DNA of 64,000 bases from Mantamonas sphyraenae STR306 (Eukaryota > Protista > CRuMs): positions 248,001 through 312,000 of the forward strand of contig JAPMXV010000007.1 in assembly GCA_026936335.1 (NCBI GenBank). Reading direction: 5' to 3'. Of the stretch, positions 59,234-64,000 are shown piece after piece. Position 1 is the stretch's first letter. Each line of letters opens with the position of its first letter. Position numbers and translations under genes: made by a program. The notes beneath the pieces are model-generated. The model was given only the letters and a program-made list of their open reading frames with translations, was not told where the DNA came from and searched no databases.

Positions 59234-62200
59234 TCAGTTCATAATCTTCAGCGCTTGCTCATGCGTGCGTGTGCGCGTCTGCCTAGGCTGCACCTCGGGC
59301 AAACTGTCGTCATCTGCACCCTCTCCCTTCACTCGTCCTCTCGAGTCACGTTGGATGCGTGCGTCGTCCCAGCACACAAATGTTTTGTGATCCAGCGGCC
59401 ATTGCTTCAGCGGACGCGAGCTGCTGGTACTCTGTGGCTCCCCGTCCGCCTCCGCCTCCGCCTCCGCCTCCGCCTGCTTCTCCTCTCCATCCTCCGCCTT
59501 TGTCTTTTCCCCATCTGCTCCACTGTCCACCCCGTCGGCCGTGTTTCCGTCATCTGCACTCTTGGCCGCCGTAGAGGATGGTGCTGCCTCCTTCATCACT
59601 CGCATAAAGTCCTTACGGATGGGAATGCTCGGCGAGGAGTAGCTGAGCGTCAGATGCTCAGCAGGCACGCCTACCATCCCCGATACAAGCTCCTTGAGGT
59701 CGCTCAGCGTGCTGGTGCGCGGTACGAGCATCAGATTCACGGGACCATGGTCCAGCACACGCTGGCCATACAAGTTGTTGTCCCAGGCCAGGAACTGCAC
59801 GAGCTGAAGCAGGTACGTGGGGCTACCGATAGCCTTGGGGTTCAGCTCAGCTGGCACACAGTCCACACGAAGCACATCATTGTACGCAAGCTGGGATCGG
59901 ATCAGCGACAAGTCGTCATCCATGAACAGACGGTAGTACCGCTCGCAGTACCACTCGGTTAGCATCTGCTCCTCCGGCGCAATGCCTGTCTCCTCCTGCA
60001 ATCGCAGGCGCAGTTGGCCAAACGAGGCGAAGCGGTCCATCGTCACCTCCAGGTCGTGTGTCTGCTCTCCCTGTGCGTTGTACGCACGCACATGCACCAT
60101 CTTGTCCTCCGCCGAAAAGTACTCGGGCTCTTCGCGCACCAACAGCGTCAGTTGCTTGCCTGTGCGTCCACCCGGGGCGTTCAACACCTTGCTAAGCAGC
60201 TGCTCGTCGCCCTGCAGCAAACGCGGTCCGCCAAACGAGTCTCCCTGCTCCAGCAGCAGACGAATGCATCCGTACTCGATGCCACACTGCTGGGCAATCG
60301 CATCCTTCAGTGCCTTGAGCGAGAACAGCAAGTTCGTTTCGATGCTCAACACCACGCGCCTGTTGCGCCACTCTTGGTTCGTCAGCTCCTTCACAGACCC
60401 CTCTTCCTCTGCTTCTTCTGCAGCTGCTGCCACTGCTGCCGCTGCCTCTGCCTCTGTCTCTGTCTCTGCCCCCTCCTCCTTTGCTTCCTGCGCCTCTTCT
60501 CCCTCCGGTGCGGCGTCATCCCCATCGTCGTCGTCCGTGTCGCCTACGATGGCGCGCAGCAGATTGATACGCTCCCTGCGCGCTGCCCCCGGGTTGCGGT
60601 TGGAAAAGCTGCTCTGGTCCTCCATCACCGACAGCGTCACTGCGTTGCGCTCCATGTCGTACAGGTTTTCCACAAACGACTGTACCAGCTCACCCTCCTC
60701 GTCCAGATGAAACTCGCTCACCAGAGGCTCCACGTACAAAAAGTCGCCTGTGATCAGGCCGTACTCATTCAGCGTGTCGCCGTCGTCGCCCATCAGATTC
60801 ACCAGTGAGGGTTCCTCCTCTTCCACAACCACCATCTCCTCCACACTCAGGTCCGTGATCCACCCTTCTTCCACAAGCTTCTGCTTGAGTTCCCCCAGCG
60901 TCATGGTACCCGGAACAATCATGTCCGTCACGCTGCAGATGTTCTGCTCCTCCGCATCCCAGCGTCGGATTGTCAGGAAGATGTGCGACTTGTCCTTCAC
61001 CCCCATGCCCTCCGGCACCACAGGCTTCGGCTCACCCTCAAAGTCCTGCTCCAGATAGATGAACGGCTTGATGTCCAGCTTCAGATCCTCCAGAGTGGCA
61101 TCCGTGACGTCCTCCTCGTCAAACAGAAAGTACGGCCTTCGCGTCTGATTCTTGCGTCGTGCCAGCTTGCGAAAGCGATAGTTTGGCGACGGTCCCATCG
61201 GCTCCTCACGCTGTGTCACCACTGCCAACACCTCCAGCATCAGGTCTTCCAACGTGCGATGTTTGTCAATCGTCACCGTGATTGGTTCCAGCCACAGTCG
61301 GTTGCGCACCACCTCAATTTGCACCTCATTCATCGTCTGCATCTGCTCTTCGATCCGTCGCTGCCTGTCCTCTTGCTCCTGGCGAACGCGCTCCCGGATG
61401 TTGCCCGGGATTTCTTCGTCGTCCACAGGGTGTGCCTTGTACGGATATACAGCCAGCCTGTACCGCTGTAGCGCCGTCTTGAACGGTACATACTCGTCCG
61501 CTTCGTCCTCTTCTTCCGGTTCCTCATCCTCCTCGTCTTCCTCGTCTTCCTCGTCTTCCTCGCCCTCACCCTTTTGCTCCACCTCCACCTTTGCTTCCTC
61601 TTCCTCTTCTTCTTCATCCTCCTCCTCGTACTCGTCCAGCAGCTCACTCTCTGTGCGCCGGTACACAAGCATGTACGGATTGGTGGACGATTCGTACGCG
61701 CGCATGCCGCTGGTGGCCGTGGATGCCTCTGCAGCAGCCTCGCAGATCTCCAGGATGTCCTTCTCCGACACTTCGTCGACGTAGGTGTCGTTGAACTTGA
61801 ACCACTTGCCATTGCTGAAATTCTTGATGTAAGCGTAGTAGTGGCCAAACGACGCGCTGCCGCTGTGGATTAGGATGGCATACAGCTCGTACACGGGACC
61901 TGGCACGCCCACCATCATGTGTGCCGCCTTTTCCATGGATGTGGTGCGATCCAACAACGCTTGTGCTGCAGCTGCGTCGTCCACGTCACCTGCATCAGCC
62001 GCTGCGCCACCGCTGCTGGCTCCGGCCTCGTCCACCGTGGGTGGCTCGACCATAAAGTCGGACAACTGCAGGTGCAGTGGAAAGGCAATGGGCTGGTCGA
62101 TTTTGACACGGTCCAGAGTCTGCATGTCGATTTCAAAGCGGGAGAGGACGACATGCAGAACGGGGGGAAGGGTCTTGAGCTTGACGCCGCGCTCGCTGTC

Positions 62201-63355
62201 CTGGTTGCTTCCACAGTGTTCGCAAAACACGGCGTTGTCGCCAGCCATCTGTTCCACAGCCGTGTACTCGGCCAGCGAGTCGACAATGTTGCGCTTTCCC
62301 TTGACCACAATCTGCAGGTCGTAAAAGTTTTCGTCGCGCGTGCGTACGTTGCCGCAGTTCAGGCACTTCATCATGTTGGACAGTTCGCCTCGGTACAAAG
62401 CCTCCACACTGTGTTCCGCATCCATCTCCTTGGCGCGCATCTTGCCTTCGATGTTGTCGATGAGCACACGTGCAAGCTCCTGCACATCGTGTTGCACAAA
62501 CGTCTGCTCGTCGTCCCAGCCAAAGCTGCACGTCAGTCCAGACGTGCTCAGCGACGACACATCTGCACACTGCAGCCGTGCAAACAGCAGCTGGATCTGG
62601 TACATGATGTCTGTGCGGTGTGGATCCTGCTGCACCGTGGCCTCTGCTGAATCGTCCTCCTCATCACTGTCCATGCCGCCCGCAGACTTGCCTCCTGCAA
62701 CGCCCGTTTCAGTGTCCTCTTCACTGTCGTCTTCTTTCTTCTGGGCCTTGCTCTTGCTGCCAACCTCCTCGGTCGGGTAGTGGTAGATCAACCGTCGAAA
62801 CTCGGGTGTCATGTACAGCAGCTGCACGAGTGAGTTGAGGTAGCAGGTGGCACCTTGGTTCTTGAGTCCCACCAGGTCGTTGTCTGGACGTGTTTGTGCC
62901 AACGAGTCGTCGTCGTCGTCGAGCGAGTCGTCGCTGTCGTAGTTGAATCGCGACGGCATGGTTTGCTGGATCCAGTTCATGGTGGCCGATGCAGCCTCAT
63001 TGTTGCTGAAAGCGGTGTGTGAGTGTGTATGGTGTGTGTGTGAGTGTGCGGATGATGGGAAGAGGGGAAATGGAGGGAGAAGGGGGCAAGCGGCCGTCAC
63101 GTACACACTCATCGACGTGTTCTCCATGACAAAGTCCTCAAACATGTCTGGGGTGGTGAGACCGTAGCCGCGCAGGGTCTTTGCGTCTTCGTTGCAGGTA
63201 ATGCCCGAGACGGTGATTCGCTGTTCGCTGGGCAGCGTGCCTGTGCTCTCGAACAGGCGCTCCTTTAGATCACCAATCGTGGTCTCCTCCGTCACGTCCA
63301 CCTGGCAGTACTGCACAATGGTGCCAGCCTCCTTGTAACCAATAAAGATGGACAT
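59234..63355 (-). CDS. USP47/USP40/USP7-like deubiquitinase with N-terminal UBL and multiple C-terminal UBL-like domains; one in-frame intron at about 63008-63103
   Basis: GLKNQGATCYLNSLVQ, SFGW....FVQHDVQEL.RVL, YELYAILIHSGSASFGHYYAYIK, WFKFND, YMLVYR, and C-terminal EQALKIMN. Confidence 0.9.
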   Translation of the reverse strand: MSIFIGYKEAGTIVQYCQVDVTEETTIGDLKERLFESTGTLPSEQRITVSGITCNEDAKTLRGYGLTTPDMFEDFVMENTSMSVYVTAACPLLPPFPLFPSSAHSHTHHTHSHTAFSNNEAASATMNWIQQTMPSRFNYDSDDSLDDDDDSLAQTRPDNDLVGLKNQGATCYLNSLVQLLYMTPEFRRLIYHYPTEEVGSKSKAQKKEDDSEEDTETGVAGGKSAGGMDSDEEDDSAEATVQQDPHRTDIMYQIQLLFARLQCADVSSLSTSGLTCSFGWDDEQTFVQHDVQELARVLIDNIEGKMRAKEMDAEHSVEALYRGELSNMMKCLNCGNVRTRDENFYDLQIVVKGKRNIVDSLAEYTAVEQMAGDNAVFCEHCGSNQDSERGVKLKTLPPVLHVVLSRFEIDMQTLDRVKIDQPIAFPLHLQLSDFMVEPPTVDEAGASSGGAAADAGDVDDAAAAQALLDRTTSMEKAAHMMVGVPGPVYELYAILIHSGSASFGHYYAYIKNFSNGKWFKFNDTYVDEVSEKDILEICEAAAEASTATSGMRAYESSTNPYMLVYRRTESELLDEYEEEDEEEEEEEAKVEVEQKGEGEEDEEDEEDEEDEEPEEEDEADEYVPFKTALQRYRLAVYPYKAHPVDDEEIPGNIRERVRQEQEDRQRRIEEQMQTMNEVQIEVVRNRLWLEPITVTIDKHRTLEDLMLEVLAVVTQREEPMGPSPNYRFRKLARRKNQTRRPYFLFDEEDVTDATLEDLKLDIKPFIYLEQDFEGEPKPVVPEGMGVKDKSHIFLTIRRWDAEEQNICSVTDMIVPGTMTLGELKQKLVEEGWITDLSVEEMVVVEEEEPSLVNLMGDDGDTLNEYGLITGDFLYVEPLVSEFHLDEEGELVQSFVENLYDMERNAVTLSVMEDQSSFSNRNPGAARRERINLLRAIVGDTDDDDGDDAAPEGEEAQEAKEEGAETETEAEAAAAVAAAAEEAEEEGSVKELTNQEWRNRRVVLSIETNLLFSLKALKDAIAQQCGIEYGCIRLLLEQGDSFGGPRLLQGDEQLLSKVLNAPGGRTGKQLTLLVREEPEYFSAEDKMVHVRAYNAQGEQTHDLEVTMDRFASFGQLRLRLQEETGIAPEEQMLTEWYCERYYRLFMDDDLSLIRSQLAYNDVLRVDCVPAELNPKAIGSPTYLLQLVQFLAWDNNLYGQRVLDHGPVNLMLVPRTSTLSDLKELVSGMVGVPAEHLTLSYSSPSIPIRKDFMRVMKEAAPSSTAAKSADDGNTADGVDSGADGEKTKAEDGEEKQAEAEAEAEADGEPQSTSSSRPLKQWPLDHKTFVCWDDARIQRDSRGRVKGEGADDDSLPEVQPRQTRTRTHEQALKIMN

Positions 63356-63567
63356 GGAGCCACTGTACAAAGAATGGCGCACACGTGCGCAGGCATGGTG
63401 TCAGCTGCGGCCGGAGAGGGAAAACGGGAATTCGACCCAAACCAAGCACGAACGGCGACTCACAACGAGCCGCTTCCGATGACGCACACGATGAGGACAC
63501 ACAAGGAGACACGGAAAGAGGCCACGGCAAGGGACGCATGATGCGTGCAGGCGAGTCTGTGTCGCAC

Positions 63568-64000
63568 TTACTCTTCGTTTCGTTCGTTGTCGTAGCCGCC
63601 AAAGGGCAGCTGGTTGGGCTCCAAGCGCACGCCTTCCACGGCCAAGCTCTGCTCAAACAGCTCCCCCGGCGTCATGAAGCGTCCGTCAGCGCCCCACTGG
63701 TTGATCTGCGAAAACATGTCTTCGCTGTCGCCAGCTACAAAGTCGCCGTCGTCGAAATCATCCTGTGTGTGGCGCACACGTGTGTCAGCAGTGAGAAGAT
63801 CGCCTCTCGTCGTCGCACAAAAACTCACTTCGCGGTCCGACCACACAGCAGGCGTGTCGCTGTCACCATCAGAGCTCTGTGTATGTATATGCATTGGGTG
63901 TGTGAGTGTACATGTGTGTCTGTGTGTGTGTGTGTGTGTCGTACCATTCTTCAAAGGGGATGGCAAGGGCGACGAGTTTGGGTGTGTCCCGCTGGGCGGT
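63568..64000 (-). CDS. 3' end of an unidentified spliced gene entering from the right edge
   Basis: Acidic terminal exon(s) DDFDDGDFVAGDSEDMFSQINQW...NEE-stop, preceded by a CA-rich intron. Confidence 0.45.
   Translation of the reverse strand, partial: PPSGTHPNSSPLPSPLKNGTTHTHTHRHTCTLTHPMHIHTQSSDGDSDTPAVWSDREVSFCATTRGDLLTADTRVRHTQDDFDDGDFVAGDSEDMFSQINQWGADGRFMTPGELFEQSLAVEGVRLEPNQLPFGGYDNERNEE

Overview
This is eukaryotic nuclear DNA from a very gene-dense genome. It has short GT-AG spliceosomal introns rich in (CA)n/(TG)n, and intergenic spacers of only about 15-300 bp. It is probably a flagellated, mitochondriate unicellular eukaryote, but I cannot determine the lineage. About 39 protein-coding genes can be traced, all by motif recognition with no database search. 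Confident calls are HPPD, WDR4/Trm82, archease, HGD, mitochondrial EF-Tu, GPR107/108-like, an EEP hydrolase, a ZFAND2-like protein, ZMYND12, a NOA1/YqeH GTPase, a LigB/DODA dioxygenase, VPS13, two USP deubiquitinases, LIN9/ALY and Inturned. The most notable observations are: (1) an array of eight divergent, intronless paralogues of an unrecognised small acidic beta-rich protein (22.1-28.6 kb), with a secreted triple-MRH lectin gene inside the array; (2) an insect OR/GR-superfamily-like 7TM ion channel (GRL); (3) a CatSper epsilon/delta-like auxiliary subunit; (4) a membrane-anchored LPMO-fold-like protein lacking the second histidine-brace His; (5) linked tyrosine-catabolism genes HPPD and HGD; (6) two LRR-ankyrin paralogues in one reading frame separated by a single TAG; and (7) large G/C-skew domains that do not follow gene orientation. 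I recognised no rRNA, tRNA, CRISPR array or transposon.
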